From the sequence record PQ553088: a stretch of DNA of 64,000 nucleotides; one strand, 5' to 3'. Origin of the DNA: Escherichia phage OES_C-1. How positions within the stretch are numbered: the first letter of the stretch is position 1; each line of letters opens with the position of its first letter. The translations under genes were made by a program, and so were the position numbers. Of this stretch, positions 1-16,947 are shown piece after piece. The notes under the pieces are model-generated. The model saw nothing but the letters and a program-made list of their open reading frames with translations. It was not told the origin of the DNA and ran no database searches.

Positions 1-434
1 CAAGATTTGGTGGCGATTGGAATAATCCTGGCGTTCCTGATATGCGGGGTCTTTTCGTCAGAGGAGCTGGCACAGGCGGTCATATTTTAAATCAACGAGG
101 ACAAGATGGTTATGGAAAGGATAGACTTGGCGTAGGATGTGACGGAATGCATGTTGGTGGTGTTCAAGCACAACAAATGTCATACCATAAACACGCCGGT
201 GGTTGGGGGGAACATAACAGAAGTGAAGGCCCATTTGGCGCGTCTGTTTATCAAGGATATCTTGGAACTAGAAAATATGCCGACTGGGATAATGCTTCAT
301 ACTTCACTAATGATGGATTTGAATTAGGCGGACCGAGAGATGCCCTTGGTACACTTAATCGTGAAGGATTAATTGGTTATGAAACTAGACCATGGAATAT
401 ATCATTAAACTATATTATTAAAGTTCATTACTAA
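1..434 (+). CDS. 12: short tail fiber protein gp12, C-terminal part (5' end lies outside window)
   Basis: Open frame runs in from window edge (frame of pos 3) to stop at 434; lies immediately upstream of wac as in T4 late operon. Confidence 0.75.
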   Translation, partial: RFGGDWNNPGVPDMRGLFVRGAGTGGHILNQRGQDGYGKDRLGVGCDGMHVGGVQAQQMSYHKHAGGWGEHNRSEGPFGASVYQGYLGTRKYADWDNASYFTNDGFELGGPRDALGTLNREGLIGYETRPWNISLNYIIKVHY

Positions 435-443
435 GGATTACAA

Positions 444-1901
444 ATGATTGAATTAAAAGATTTACCTTTTGTTGATAGCGTTCCTGATGAAGGTCAGGAA
501 CGTATTTCATGGATTAAAAATGGTGAAGAAATATTAGGAGCTAGTACTAAGTATGGAAATGATGGATCAATGAATAGACCAATTGTTTCCGTGTTTAAAA
601 ACGTCGAGGTTCTTGATGAAAATGTGGGAATTCTTAAAACTGCCATTGAAACATCACAGAAAGATATTAAAACAATTCAAGGAGTTTTAGATGTATCAGG
701 AGATATAGAAGCACTATCGCAGATCAGTGTTAATAAAAATGACATATCGAATTTAAAGACACTTACTAATGAACACACTGACATATTAACTGGAACTAAT
801 AATACAGTTGACAAAATTATTGCTGATATAGGTCCATTTAATGATGAAGAAAACTCTGTTTATAGAACAATTAGAAATGATTTATTGTGGATTAAACAGG
901 AATTAGGACAATATTCTGGCCAAGACATTAACGGTCTTCCTGTTGTTGGTAATGCTAGCACAGGAATGAAACACAGAATAATAACAAATAGTACATTATT
1001 ATCTTCACAAGGCATTCGTTTAAGTGAATTAGAAAATAAATTTACTGAATCTGACGTAGGATCATTAACTGTTGAAGTTGGTAAATTACGTGATGAACTT
1101 GGTAATAAACCAGTAGATTTTGGGCCAAATATTTATAATAGATTAAACACCATAGATGATAAACAAACTTTAATAATTTCTGATATAGCAGAAATTAAAT
1201 CTTCTATTGGATACCCAGAAAATGTTTCTATAATAACAGAAATTAATAATAACAAAAGTAGCATTGAAGCTATTAATAATGAATTAAATCAGAGTGAAGG
1301 TGTTAAACAGCGCTTAACGGCTATTGAAACTTCTATAGGTTCAGATGATATTCCTTCTAGTATTAAAGGAAAAATTAAAAATCACACAACTTCTATTGAG
1401 TCTTTAAACGGAATTGTTGGTGAAAACACTTCGTCTGGTTTAAGAGCGAATGTTTCGTGGTTAAATCAAATTGTTGGAACTGACTCCAGCGGAGGACAAC
1501 CGTCTCCTTCTGGATCTCTATTAAATAAAGTTTCAGTGCTTGAAGGAGAAGTTTCAGTTTTAAACAATAATGTTCAAAATATACAAGTTGAAATAGGAAA
1601 TAATAGAACAGGAATTAAAGGTCAAGTTATTGAACTTACTTCACTTATAAATGGAAATAATCCTGACGGATCAACTGTTGAAGAACGAGGATTAACTAAT
1701 TCTATAAAAACGAATGAAACTAACATTGCGGCAGTCACACATGAAGTAAATACAGCTAAAGACAATATATCCTCTTTACAGAGCAGCGTTCAAGCTCTAC
1801 AAGAAGCAGGTTATATTCCTGAAGCTCCAAAAGATGGCCAAGCTTACGTTCGTAAAGACGGCGAATGGGTACTACTTTCTACCTTTTTATCACCAGCATA
1901 A
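444..1901 (+). CDS. wac: fibritin (whisker/neck fiber)
   Basis: 485 aa; C-terminal foldon [27 protein letters not shown]; coiled-coil body; followed by GC hairpin. Confidence 0.95.
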   Translation: MIELKDLPFVDSVPDEGQERISWIKNGEEILGASTKYGNDGSMNRPIVSVFKNVEVLDENVGILKTAIETSQKDIKTIQGVLDVSGDIEALSQISVNKNDISNLKTLTNEHTDILTGTNNTVDKIIADIGPFNDEENSVYRTIRNDLLWIKQELGQYSGQDINGLPVVGNASTGMKHRIITNSTLLSSQGIRLSELENKFTESDVGSLTVEVGKLRDELGNKPVDFGPNIYNRLNTIDDKQTLIISDIAEIKSSIGYPENVSIITEINNNKSSIEAINNELNQSEGVKQRLTAIETSIGSDDIPSSIKGKIKNHTTSIESLNGIVGENTSSGLRANVSWLNQIVGTDSSGGQPSPSGSLLNKVSVLEGEVSVLNNNVQNIQVEIGNNRTGIKGQVIELTSLINGNNPDGSTVEERGLTNSIKTNETNIAAVTHEVNTAKDNISSLQSSVQALQEAGYIPEAPKDGQAYVRKDGEWVLLSTFLSPA

Positions 1902-1904
1902 CAT

Positions 1905-1931
1905 GGGGCCGCAAGGCCCCAAAGGATTTTT
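1905..1931 (+). terminator. intrinsic terminator-like hairpin after wac
   Basis: GGGGCC-GCAA-GGCCCC then AAAGGATTTTT. Confidence 0.5.
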
Positions 1932-1933
1932 AA

Positions 1934-3635
<1,702 letters not shown>

Positions 3636-3676
3636 TAAATATTATAAACTAATTAAAGCCCAGATTAGGAGAAATC

Positions 3677-6817
<3,141 letters not shown>

Positions 6818-6845
6818 TATTAAAGCATATTAAAGAGGATTAAAA

Positions 6846-8825
6846 ATGACTTTATTATCTCCGGGCATTGAGCTCAAAGAAACTACGGTTCAAAGCACCG
6901 TGGTTAATAACTCTACTGGTACAGCAGCTTTGGCCGGTAAATTCCAGTGGGGTCCTGCTTTTCAGATTAAACAGGTTACAAATGAAGTAGATTTAGTTAA
7001 TACTTTTGGTCAACCTACAGCTGAAACTGCTGATTATTTTATGTCTGCAATGAATTTCTTACAATATGGAAATGATTTGCGAGTTGTGCGTGCTGTCGAT
7101 AGAGATACCGCTAAAAACTCATCTCCGATTGCTGGTAATATTGAATACACTATTTCTACCCCAGGTAGTAACTACGCGGTTGGAGATAAAATCACAGTTA
7201 AGTATGTTTCAGAAGATGTTGAAACAGAGGGTAAAATTACCGAAGTAGATGCTGATGGAAAAATTAAGAAAATTAATATTCCTACCGCAAAAATTATCGC
7301 TAAAGCGAAAGAAGTCGGTGAATATCCAGAACTAGGTTCTAACTGGACCGCGGAAATTTCTTCGTCTTCATCTGGCTTAGCTGCAGTAATAACTCTCGGA
7401 AAAATTATTACTGATTCCGGTATTTTATTAGCTGAAATTGAAAATGCTGAAGCTGCTATGACAGCGGTTGACTTTCAAGCAAATCTCGAAAAATATGGAA
7501 TTCCAGGAGTAGTAGCTCTTTATCCAGGCGAGTTGGGCGATAAAATCGAAATTGAAATCGTATCTAAAGCTGACTACGCAAAAGGTGCTTCTGCATTACT
7601 CCCAATTTATCCAGGTGGCGGAACACGCGCATCTACTGCTAAGGCAGTGTTTGGATATGGACCACAAACTGATTCACAATACGCTATTATAGTTCGTCGT
7701 AATGATGCTATTGTTCAAAGCGTTGTTCTTTCAACAAAGCGTGGTGAAAAAGACATTTATGATAGTAACATCTATATTGATGACTTTTTCGCAAAAGGCG
7801 GTTCAGAATATATTTTCGCAACTGCACAAAACTGGCCAGAAGGCTTCTCTGGAATTTTAACTCTGTCTGGTGGATTATCATCAAATTCTGAGGTCACAGC
7901 AGGAGATTTGATGGAAGCTTGGGACTTCTTTGCTGACCGTGAATCTGTTGACGTTCAGTTGTTTATTGCGGGTTCTTGCGCCGGTGAATCTTTAGAAACA
8001 GCATCTACTGTCCAAAAACACGTCGTTTCAATTGGGGATGCACGCCAAGATTGCTTAGTATTGTGCTCACCACCGCGTGAAACTGTAGTTGGAATTCCTG
8101 TAACTCGTGCTGTTGATAACTTAGTCAATTGGAGAACCGCAGCAGGTTCATACACTGATAATAACTTTAATATCAGTTCAACCTATGCAGCAATTGATGG
8201 TAACTACAAATATCAGTATGACAAATATAATGATGTAAATCGCTGGGTTCCATTAGCAGCTGATATTGCCGGTTTATGTGCAAGAACCGATAACGTTTCT
8301 CAGACTTGGATGTCTCCAGCTGGTTATAATCGCGGTCAGATTCTTAACGTTATTAAACTTGCTATTGAAACTCGCCAAGCTCAGCGCGACCGTTTATACC
8401 AAGAAGCTATCAACCCAGTAACTGGTACAGGTGGTGATGGTTACGTATTATATGGTGATAAAACAGCTACTTCTGTTCCTTCTCCATTTGATCGTATTAA
8501 CGTTCGTCGTCTGTTTAATATGTTGAAAACGAATATCGGACGTAGTTCAAAATATCGTTTGTTCGAATTAAACAACGCGTTTACTCGTTCATCATTCCGC
8601 ACAGAAACTGCCCAATACTTACAGGGAATTAAAGCTCTCGGTGGAATTTATGAATATCGTGTAGTTTGCGATACAACAAATAACACTCCGTCAGTAATTG
8701 ATAGAAATGAGTTTGTTGCAACATTCTACATCCAACCGGCGCGCAGTATAAATTATATCCAACTTAATTTCGTCGCAACTGCTACTGGTGCAGATTTCGA
8801 TGAGTTAACTGGTCTTGCAGGTTAA
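6846..8825 (+). CDS. 18: tail sheath protein gp18
   Basis: 659 aa; TATAAATA late promoter at 6810-6817. Confidence 0.95.
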   Translation: MTLLSPGIELKETTVQSTVVNNSTGTAALAGKFQWGPAFQIKQVTNEVDLVNTFGQPTAETADYFMSAMNFLQYGNDLRVVRAVDRDTAKNSSPIAGNIEYTISTPGSNYAVGDKITVKYVSEDVETEGKITEVDADGKIKKINIPTAKIIAKAKEVGEYPELGSNWTAEISSSSSGLAAVITLGKIITDSGILLAEIENAEAAMTAVDFQANLEKYGIPGVVALYPGELGDKIEIEIVSKADYAKGASALLPIYPGGGTRASTAKAVFGYGPQTDSQYAIIVRRNDAIVQSVVLSTKRGEKDIYDSNIYIDDFFAKGGSEYIFATAQNWPEGFSGILTLSGGLSSNSEVTAGDLMEAWDFFADRESVDVQLFIAGSCAGESLETASTVQKHVVSIGDARQDCLVLCSPPRETVVGIPVTRAVDNLVNWRTAAGSYTDNNFNISSTYAAIDGNYKYQYDKYNDVNRWVPLAADIAGLCARTDNVSQTWMSPAGYNRGQILNVIKLAIETRQAQRDRLYQEAINPVTGTGGDGYVLYGDKTATSVPSPFDRINVRRLFNMLKTNIGRSSKYRLFELNNAFTRSSFRTETAQYLQGIKALGGIYEYRVVCDTTNNTPSVIDRNEFVATFYIQPARSINYIQLNFVATATGADFDELTGLAG

Positions 8826-8860
8826 TACGGTGCATTCTAAAGGCCTGTTTCGGCAGGCCA

Positions 8861-8868
8861 TATAAATA
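8861..8868 (+). promoter_or_regulatory. late promoter TATAAATA (gene 19, distal)
   Basis: Exact TATAAATA in 18-19 intergenic region. Confidence 0.5.
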
Positions 8869-8919
8869 CACTATATCCTTAATTCTTTAATTCTATATGC
8901 CCTAGGTTAAACATAGGGA

Positions 8920-8927
8920 TATAAATA
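8920..8927 (+). promoter_or_regulatory. late promoter TATAAATA (gene 19, proximal)
   Basis: Exact TATAAATA 15 nt before gene 19 ATG. Confidence 0.55.
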
Positions 8928-8941
8928 CTACAGAGGCTAAT

Positions 8942-9433
8942 ATGTTTGTAGATGATGTAACACGAGCGTTTGAATCTGGTGATTTTGCTCGACCTAACTT
9001 ATTCCAAGTAGAAATTTCTTATCTTGGACAAAATTTTACGTTTCAATGTAAAGCCACTGCTTTACCAGCTGGTATTGTAGAAAAAATTCCAGTCGGATTT
9101 ATGAACCGTAAAATTAACGTAGCAGGCGATCGTACATTCGATGACTGGACTGTTACAGTAATGAACGATGAAGCTCATGATGCTCGCCAGAAGTTCGTTG
9201 ATTGGCAAAGCATTGCTGCGGGGCAAGGAAACGAAATTACTGGTGGAAAACCTGCAGAGTATAAAAAGAGCGCTATCGTTCGTCAATATGCTCGTGACGC
9301 TAAAACAGTAACAAAAGAAATTGAAATTAAAGGTCTGTGGCCTACTAACGTGGGTGAACTTCAGTTAGATTGGGATTCAAACAATGAAATCCAAACATTT
9401 GAAGTAACTCTTGCTCTCGATTATTGGGAATAA
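8942..9433 (+). CDS. 19: tail tube protein gp19
   Basis: 163 aa; two upstream TATAAATA boxes. Confidence 0.95.
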   Translation: MFVDDVTRAFESGDFARPNLFQVEISYLGQNFTFQCKATALPAGIVEKIPVGFMNRKINVAGDRTFDDWTVTVMNDEAHDARQKFVDWQSIAAGQGNEITGGKPAEYKKSAIVRQYARDAKTVTKEIEIKGLWPTNVGELQLDWDSNNEIQTFEVTLALDYWE

Positions 9434-9438
9434 AATGA

Positions 9439-11090
<1,652 letters not shown>

Positions 11091-11091
<1 letters not shown>

Positions 11092-11336
11092 TGGAAGGTT
11101 TAATTGAAGCTATTAAATCAAACGACCTCGTAGCCGCTCGTAAATTATTTGCTGAAGCCATGGCTGCAAGAACGATTGATTTAATTAAAGAAGAAAAAAT
11201 CGCTATCGCTCGTAATTTCTTAATCGAAGGTGAAGAACCTGAAGACGAGGATGATGAAGACGAAGATAGTGATGATAAAGACGACAAAAAAGACAAAGAC
11301 TCTGACGAAGATGACGAAGACGAGGATGATGAATAA
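11091..11336 (+). CDS. 67: prohead core protein gp67
   Basis: 81 aa, poly-acidic C-terminus; start overlaps gene 20 stop. Confidence 0.85.
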
Positions 11337-11761
11337 TGCTTCTGATCCCTGAAACTCATGAATTAGTTCTCAAGAATGTCGAAGCACTTATTCCTGAAGC
11401 ACAGGGTCGCTTTGACGAATTGTCTTCTGCTTTAAATAAAGACGATATAAATACAATTGTCGAGAATATGCTTGATGATGAAACTGATTTAGCGGTTGCA
11501 TTAGCTTCTATTAATGAAAATATGCCGTTAAATGAATTTATCGTTAAACATGTTTCTGCCCGTGGTGAAATTACTCGCACTAAAGATCGCAAAACACGCG
11601 AACGTAATGCATTTCAAACCACTGGGCTGTCTAAAGCAAAACGTAGACAAATTGCTCGCAAAGCTACCAAAACGAAGATTGCCAATCCAGCAGGTCAATC
11701 TCGTGCTCAGCGTAAGCGTAAAAAAGCTCTTAAACGCCGTAAAGCATTAGGATTAAGCTAA
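11336..11761 (+). CDS. 68: prohead core protein gp68
   Basis: 141 aa, basic C-terminus; T4 order. Confidence 0.85.
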   Translation: MLLIPETHELVLKNVEALIPEAQGRFDELSSALNKDDINTIVENMLDDETDLAVALASINENMPLNEFIVKHVSARGEITRTKDRKTRERNAFQTTGLSKAKRRQIARKATKTKIANPAGQSRAQRKRKKALKRRKALGLS

Positions 11762-12399
11762 TGAATGAACCCCAATTACTAATTGAAACTTGGGGTCAAC
11801 CTGGCGAAATTATTGATGGTGTGCCAATGCTTGAATCCCACGATGGAAAAGACTTAGGGTTAAAACCTGGTTTATACATCGAAGGAATATTCATGCAAGC
11901 AGAAGTCGTCAATAGAAATAAACGTCTTTATCCAAAACGCATATTAGAAAAAGCGGTAAAAGACTATATTAATGAGCAAGTTTTAACTAAACAAGCTCTC
12001 GGAGAATTAAATCATCCTCCACGCGCTAATGTTGACCCGATGCAAGCCGCTATCATTATAGAAGATATGTGGTGGAAAGGAAATGACGTATACGGACGAG
12101 CTCGTGTTATTGAAGGTGACCACGGTCCTGGAGATAAATTAGCAGCTAATATTCGTGCCGGATGGATTCCAGGAGTTTCTTCTCGTGGATTAGGTTCATT
12201 GACTGACACAAATAAAGGTTATCGTATCGTAAACGAAGGATTCAAATTAACTGTAGGTGTTGATGCAGTATGGGGTCCAAGTGCTCCAGATGCATGGGTA
12301 ACTCCTAAGGAAATTACAGAATCACAGACGGCGGAAGCCGATACAAGTGCCGATGACGCCTATATGGCTCTCGCAGAGGCCATGAAAAAAGCGTTATAA
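11761..12399 (+). CDS. 21: prohead core protease gp21
   Basis: 212 aa, T4 order/length. Confidence 0.9.
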   Translation: MNEPQLLIETWGQPGEIIDGVPMLESHDGKDLGLKPGLYIEGIFMQAEVVNRNKRLYPKRILEKAVKDYINEQVLTKQALGELNHPPRANVDPMQAAIIIEDMWWKGNDVYGRARVIEGDHGPGDKLAANIRAGWIPGVSSRGLGSLTDTNKGYRIVNEGFKLTVGVDAVWGPSAPDAWVTPKEITESQTAEADTSADDAYMALAEAMKKAL

Positions 12400-12402
12400 A
12401 TA
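12395..12402 (+). promoter_or_regulatory. late promoter TATAAATA (gene 22)
   Basis: Exact TATAAATA overlapping gene 21 stop. Confidence 0.6.
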
Positions 12403-12429
12403 TTATTATCTAAACAACAGGACTACAAA

Positions 12430-13239
12430 ATGCTTAAAGAACAACTGATTGCCGAAGCGCAGAAAATTGATGCTTCCGTTGCTCTTGATAGTATTTTCGA
12501 ATCAGTTAATATTTCTCCGGAAGCAAAAGAAACTTTCGGCACTGTATTCGAAGCTACCGTCAAGCAGCACGCCGTTAAATTAGCTGAATCTCATATCGCT
12601 AAAATTGCTGAAAAAGCAGAAGAAGAAGTAGAAAAAAATAAAGAAGAAGCAGAAGAAAAAGCTGAGAAGAAAATCGCTGAGCAAGCTTCTAAATTCCTTG
12701 ACCATCTTGCAAAAGAATGGCTCACTGAAAATAAATTAGCAGTAGATAAAGGTATCAAAGCCGAACTGTTTGAATCCATGCTTGGTGGATTGAAAGAGCT
12801 CTTCGTTGAACACAACGTTGTTGTTCCAGAAGAATCAGTTGATGTTGTAGCTGAAATGGAAGAAGAACTGCAAGAACATAAAGAAGAATCAGCTCGTCTG
12901 TTCGAAGAACTCAATAAGCGTGACGCATATATCAATTATGTGCAGCGTGAAGTGGCATTGAGCGAAAGTACTAAAGATCTGACTGAGTCTCAAAAAGAAA
13001 AAGTCTCTGCTCTGGTCGAAGGTATGGATTATTCAGATGCATTCTCAAGTAAATTGAGTGCAATCGTAGAAATGGTGAAGAAATCTAATAAAGATGAAAG
13101 CACTATTACTGAGAGTATAAATACTCCTGATACTGAAGCAGCCGGACTGAATTTCGTCACTGAAGCTGTAGAAGATAAATCTGCACAAGGTGCAGAAGAT
13201 ATTGTAAGTGTATATGCGAAAGTCGCATCTCGTTTCTAA
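12430..13239 (+). CDS. 22: prohead core scaffold protein gp22
   Basis: 269 aa, charged/helical; late promoter 12395-12402. Confidence 0.9.
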   Translation: MLKEQLIAEAQKIDASVALDSIFESVNISPEAKETFGTVFEATVKQHAVKLAESHIAKIAEKAEEEVEKNKEEAEEKAEKKIAEQASKFLDHLAKEWLTENKLAVDKGIKAELFESMLGGLKELFVEHNVVVPEESVDVVAEMEEELQEHKEESARLFEELNKRDAYINYVQREVALSESTKDLTESQKEKVSALVEGMDYSDAFSSKLSAIVEMVKKSNKDESTITESINTPDTEAAGLNFVTEAVEDKSAQGAEDIVSVYAKVASRF

Positions 13240-13257
13240 TTTTAAAGGTTAACACAA

Positions 13258-14823
13258 ATGACTATCAAAACTAAAGCTGAACTTTTGAACAAATGGAAGC
13301 CATTACTGGAAGGTGAAGGTTTACCGGAAATTGCTAATAGCAAACAAGCGATTATCGCTAAAATCTTTGAAAACCAGGAAAAAGATTTCCAGACAGCTCC
13401 AGAGTACAAAGACGAAAAAATCGCTCAGGCGTTCGGTTCTTTCTTAACAGAAGCTGAAATCGGTGGTGACCACGGTTACAATGCTACTAACATCGCTGCA
13501 GGTCAGACTTCTGGCGCAGTAACTCAGATTGGCCCAGCTGTTATGGGTATGGTACGTCGTGCTATTCCTAACCTGATTGCTTTCGATATTTGTGGTGTTC
13601 AGCCGATGAACAGCCCGACTGGTCAGGTATTCGCACTGCGTGCTGTATACGGTAAAGACCCAATCGCTGCCGATGCTAAAGAAGCATTCCACCCAATGTA
13701 TGGTCCAGATGCAATGTTCTCTGGTCAGGGTGCTGCTAAGAAATTCCCAGCTCTGGCTGTTAGCACACAAACTACAGTAGGTGATATCTATACTCACTTC
13801 TTCCAGGACACTGGTACTGTATATCTGCAGGCTTCTGTTCAAGTAACAATCGATGCTGGCGCGACTGATGCAACTAAATTAGATGCTGAAATTAAAAAAC
13901 AAATGGAAGCTGGTGCACTGGTAGAAATCGCTGAAGGTATGGCTACTTCTATCGCTGAACTTCAGGAAGGTTTCAACGGTTCTACCGATAACCCATGGAA
14001 TGAAATGGGCTTCCGTATCGATAAACAAGTTATCGAAGCTAAATCTCGCCAGCTGAAAGCTGCTTACTCTATTGAATTAGCACAAGACCTCCGCGCTGTT
14101 CACGGTATGGATGCTGATGCTGAACTGTCTGGTATTCTGGCTACCGAAATCATGCTGGAAATCAACCGTGAAGTTGTTGATTGGATTAACTACTCAGCTC
14201 AGGTTGGTAAATCTGGTATGACCCTGACTCCGGGTTCTAAAGCTGGTGTATTTGACTTCCAGGACCCAATCGATATTCGTGGTGCTCGCTGGGCAGGTGA
14301 ATCCTTTAAAGCTCTGTTGTTCCAGATTGACAAAGAAGCAGTTGAAATTGCTCGTCAGACTGGTCGCGGCGAAGGTAACTTCATTATCGCTTCCCGTAAC
14401 GTAGTTAACGTTCTGGCTTCAGTTGATACCGGCATTTCTTATGCTGCACAGGGTCTGGCTACCGGCTTTAACACTGATACTACCAAGTCAGTATTTGCTG
14501 GTGTTCTGGGTGGTAAATACCGTGTATATATCGACCAGTATGCTAAACAGGATTATTTCACTGTAGGTTATAAAGGTCCGAACGAAATGGATGCTGGTAT
14601 TTACTACGCTCCATATGTAGCTCTGACTCCGCTGCGTGGTTCCGATCCGAAGAACTTCCAACCGGTAATGGGATTCAAAACTCGTTACGGTATCGGTATC
14701 AACCCATTTGCAGAATCCGCTGCTCAGGCTCCGGCTTCTCGCATCCAGAGCGGTATGCCTTCTATTCTGAATAGCCTTGGTAAAAACGCTTACTTTAGAC
14801 GTGTATATGTTAAAGGTATCTAA
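13258..14823 (+). CDS. 23: major capsid protein gp23
   Basis: 521 aa; strong terminator downstream. Confidence 0.97.
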   Translation: MTIKTKAELLNKWKPLLEGEGLPEIANSKQAIIAKIFENQEKDFQTAPEYKDEKIAQAFGSFLTEAEIGGDHGYNATNIAAGQTSGAVTQIGPAVMGMVRRAIPNLIAFDICGVQPMNSPTGQVFALRAVYGKDPIAADAKEAFHPMYGPDAMFSGQGAAKKFPALAVSTQTTVGDIYTHFFQDTGTVYLQASVQVTIDAGATDATKLDAEIKKQMEAGALVEIAEGMATSIAELQEGFNGSTDNPWNEMGFRIDKQVIEAKSRQLKAAYSIELAQDLRAVHGMDADAELSGILATEIMLEINREVVDWINYSAQVGKSGMTLTPGSKAGVFDFQDPIDIRGARWAGESFKALLFQIDKEAVEIARQTGRGEGNFIIASRNVVNVLASVDTGISYAAQGLATGFNTDTTKSVFAGVLGGKYRVYIDQYAKQDYFTVGYKGPNEMDAGIYYAPYVALTPLRGSDPKNFQPVMGFKTRYGIGINPFAESAAQAPASRIQSGMPSILNSLGKNAYFRRVYVKGI

Positions 14824-14849
14824 TCTCTAACGATAGAAACACAATTTTA

Positions 14850-14872
14850 GGGAACCTTCGGGTTCCCTTTTT
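14850..14872 (+). terminator. intrinsic terminator after gene 23
   Basis: GGGAACC-TTCG-GGTTCCC followed by TTTTT. Confidence 0.7.
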
Positions 14873-15574
14873 CTATTTTATACGATAGCAATCAGGCATA
14901 TCATCCGCATTTATCCAATTGCGAATAGTTTTAGGACTAACTTTAAAATGCTCCGCTGCGTAATCAGGATTATCAAATTTGACACCCTTTATACATATTG
15001 GAATAAATTTTTTAATACCGCTAAGTTTTTCAGAAATAGCTTTACGATGTGAAATCGATATAGGTTTATTTTTTCGTGGATGAACATGTGTTTTATAATA
15101 TTCATTGCGCCCTTTAACTCGCTTCGCGATAGTTTCATCAGATTGCTTAACGCCTGTTTTTGCCTTTGATATTTTTCGTTTAGCTTCCACAGTCATTCCT
15201 TCTTTTGTTCGCATTGATAACATATTACGATATGAAGGATCTTGCAAATGAACTATAACTGGATTTCCTCTACCACCAATAGCAGCATTATAAGTATCAG
15301 TTCTCATAACGAATTCCTCATTGACTAGTAAAGCTTCCATTTTATACATCTCCTCAGATGAGGAGAAAGAATAAAGAATTTCTTTTTTAAAGTTATGAAT
15401 ACCATATTTTTTGATGGATTTTTTGATGTTTACGCCAGAACCCATATAACCATCGTTTTCGTCAAGAGTAGCATGAGCTCCGATGTAAATTTTTCCATTG
15501 ATGATATTAGTAATTTGATATATTAAATATTTCATTTTAACCACCACTCCATTTGTATATGAATATAATATCAT
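14873..15574 (-). CDS. segD: GIY-YIG homing endonuclease-like protein (SegD position)
   Basis: 233 aa; N-terminal GIY-YIG (LIYQITN...GKIYIGAH); opposite strand between genes 23 and 24. Confidence 0.8.
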   Translation of the reverse strand: MILYSYTNGVVVKMKYLIYQITNIINGKIYIGAHATLDENDGYMGSGVNIKKSIKKYGIHNFKKEILYSFSSSEEMYKMEALLVNEEFVMRTDTYNAAIGGRGNPVIVHLQDPSYRNMLSMRTKEGMTVEAKRKISKAKTGVKQSDETIAKRVKGRNEYYKTHVHPRKNKPISISHRKAISEKLSGIKKFIPICIKGVKFDNPDYAAEHFKVSPKTIRNWINADDMPDCYRIK

Positions 15575-15599
15575 ATTACTTTGGTCTTGTAAATAACTT

Positions 15600-15607
15600 T
15601 ATAAATA
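15600..15607 (+). promoter_or_regulatory. late promoter TATAAATA (gene 24)
   Basis: Exact TATAAATA 28 nt before gene 24 ATG. Confidence 0.6.
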
Positions 15608-15634
15608 GTATTATATTTCAACAAGGAAAATACA

Positions 15635-16918
15635 ATGGCTAAAATCAACGAACTTCTGCGCGAATCAACCACAACGAATAGCAACTCAATCGGTCGCCCA
15701 AATCTCGTTGCTTTGACTCGCGCTACCACTAAATTAATATATTCTGACATTGTAGCAACGCAAAGAACTAATCAACCTGTTGCTGCTTTTTACGGTATCA
15801 AATACCTTAACCCAGATAACGAATTTACATTTAAAACTGGTGCTACTTACGCTGGCGAAGCTGGATATGTAGACCGAGAACAAATCACAGAATTAACAGA
15901 AGAGTCTAAATTAACTCTCAATAAAGGCGATTTATTCAAATATAATAATATCGTTTATAAAGTATTAGAAGATACACCATTTGCTACCATTGAAGAAAGC
16001 GATTTAGAATTAGCTCTTCAGATTGCAATTGTTCTTTTAAAGGTTCGTCTATTTTCTGATGCAGCGTCAACGAGCAAATTTGAAAGCTCTGATAGCGAAA
16101 TTGCTGATGCTAGATTCCAGATTAATAAATGGCAAACCGCGGTTAAATCTCGTAAACTTAAAACTGGCATCACAGTTGAATTAGCACAAGATTTAGAAGC
16201 AAATGGATTCGATGCTCCTAATTTCTTGGAAGATTTGCTTGCAACTGAAATGGCGGATGAAATCAATAAAGATATTCTACAGTCTTTGATTACAGTGTCA
16301 AAACGCTATAAAGTTACAGGAATTACTGATACTGGATTCATTGATTTGAGTTATGCATCTGCACCTGAAGCTGGTCGTTCATTATACCGAATGGTATGTG
16401 AAATGGTTTCACATATCCAAAAAGAATCAACTTATACAGCAACGTTCTGTGTTGCTTCAGCTCGTGCCGCTGCGATTCTTGCTGCATCAGGTTGGTTAAA
16501 ACATAAACCAGAAGATGATAAATATCTTTCACAAAATGCCTATGGGTTCTTAGCTAATGGTTTACCGCTTTATTGCGATACTAACAGCCCATTAGATTAT
16601 GTAATCGTTGGCGTAGTAGAAAATATTGGTGAAAAAGAAATTGTCGGATCAATTTTCTATGCTCCGTATACAGAAGGTCTTGACTTAGATGACCCTGAAC
16701 ATGTAGGTGCATTTAAAGTTGTAGTTGATCCAGAAAGCTTGCAACCATCTATCGGTTTATTAGTTAGATATGCTTTATCTGCAAATCCTTACACTGTAGC
16801 AAAAGATGAAAAAGAAGCAAGAATAATTGATGGTGGAGACATGGATAAAATGGCGGGTCGTTCAGATTTGTCTGTTTTATTAGGTGTTAAGCTACCAAAA
16901 ATTATCGTTGATGAATAA
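15635..16918 (+). CDS. 24: capsid vertex protein gp24
   Basis: 427 aa, gp23 paralog; late promoter 15600-15607. Confidence 0.95.
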   Translation: MAKINELLRESTTTNSNSIGRPNLVALTRATTKLIYSDIVATQRTNQPVAAFYGIKYLNPDNEFTFKTGATYAGEAGYVDREQITELTEESKLTLNKGDLFKYNNIVYKVLEDTPFATIEESDLELALQIAIVLLKVRLFSDAASTSKFESSDSEIADARFQINKWQTAVKSRKLKTGITVELAQDLEANGFDAPNFLEDLLATEMADEINKDILQSLITVSKRYKVTGITDTGFIDLSYASAPEAGRSLYRMVCEMVSHIQKESTYTATFCVASARAAAILAASGWLKHKPEDDKYLSQNAYGFLANGLPLYCDTNSPLDYVIVGVVENIGEKEIVGSIFYAPYTEGLDLDDPEHVGAFKVVVDPESLQPSIGLLVRYALSANPYTVAKDEKEARIIDGGDMDKMAGRSDLSVLLGVKLPKIIVDE

Positions 16919-16919
16919 A

Positions 16920-16945
16920 ACAAAGGGACCGAAAGGTCCCTTTTT
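16920..16945. terminator. bidirectional terminator between gene 24 and rnlB
   Basis: GGGACC-GAAA-GGTCCC flanked by A-run and T-run between convergent genes. Confidence 0.7.
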
Positions 16946-16947
16946 AT

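Noticed and set aside
12591-12935. Antisense ORFs inside late structural genes (for example 12591-12935, 13444-13842, 7955-8155, 9062-9286, 2113-2295, 4690-4878)
   Set aside because: Each is fully embedded on the opposite strand of a well-supported conserved gene and has no promoter or RBS; expected by chance in AT-rich DNA.
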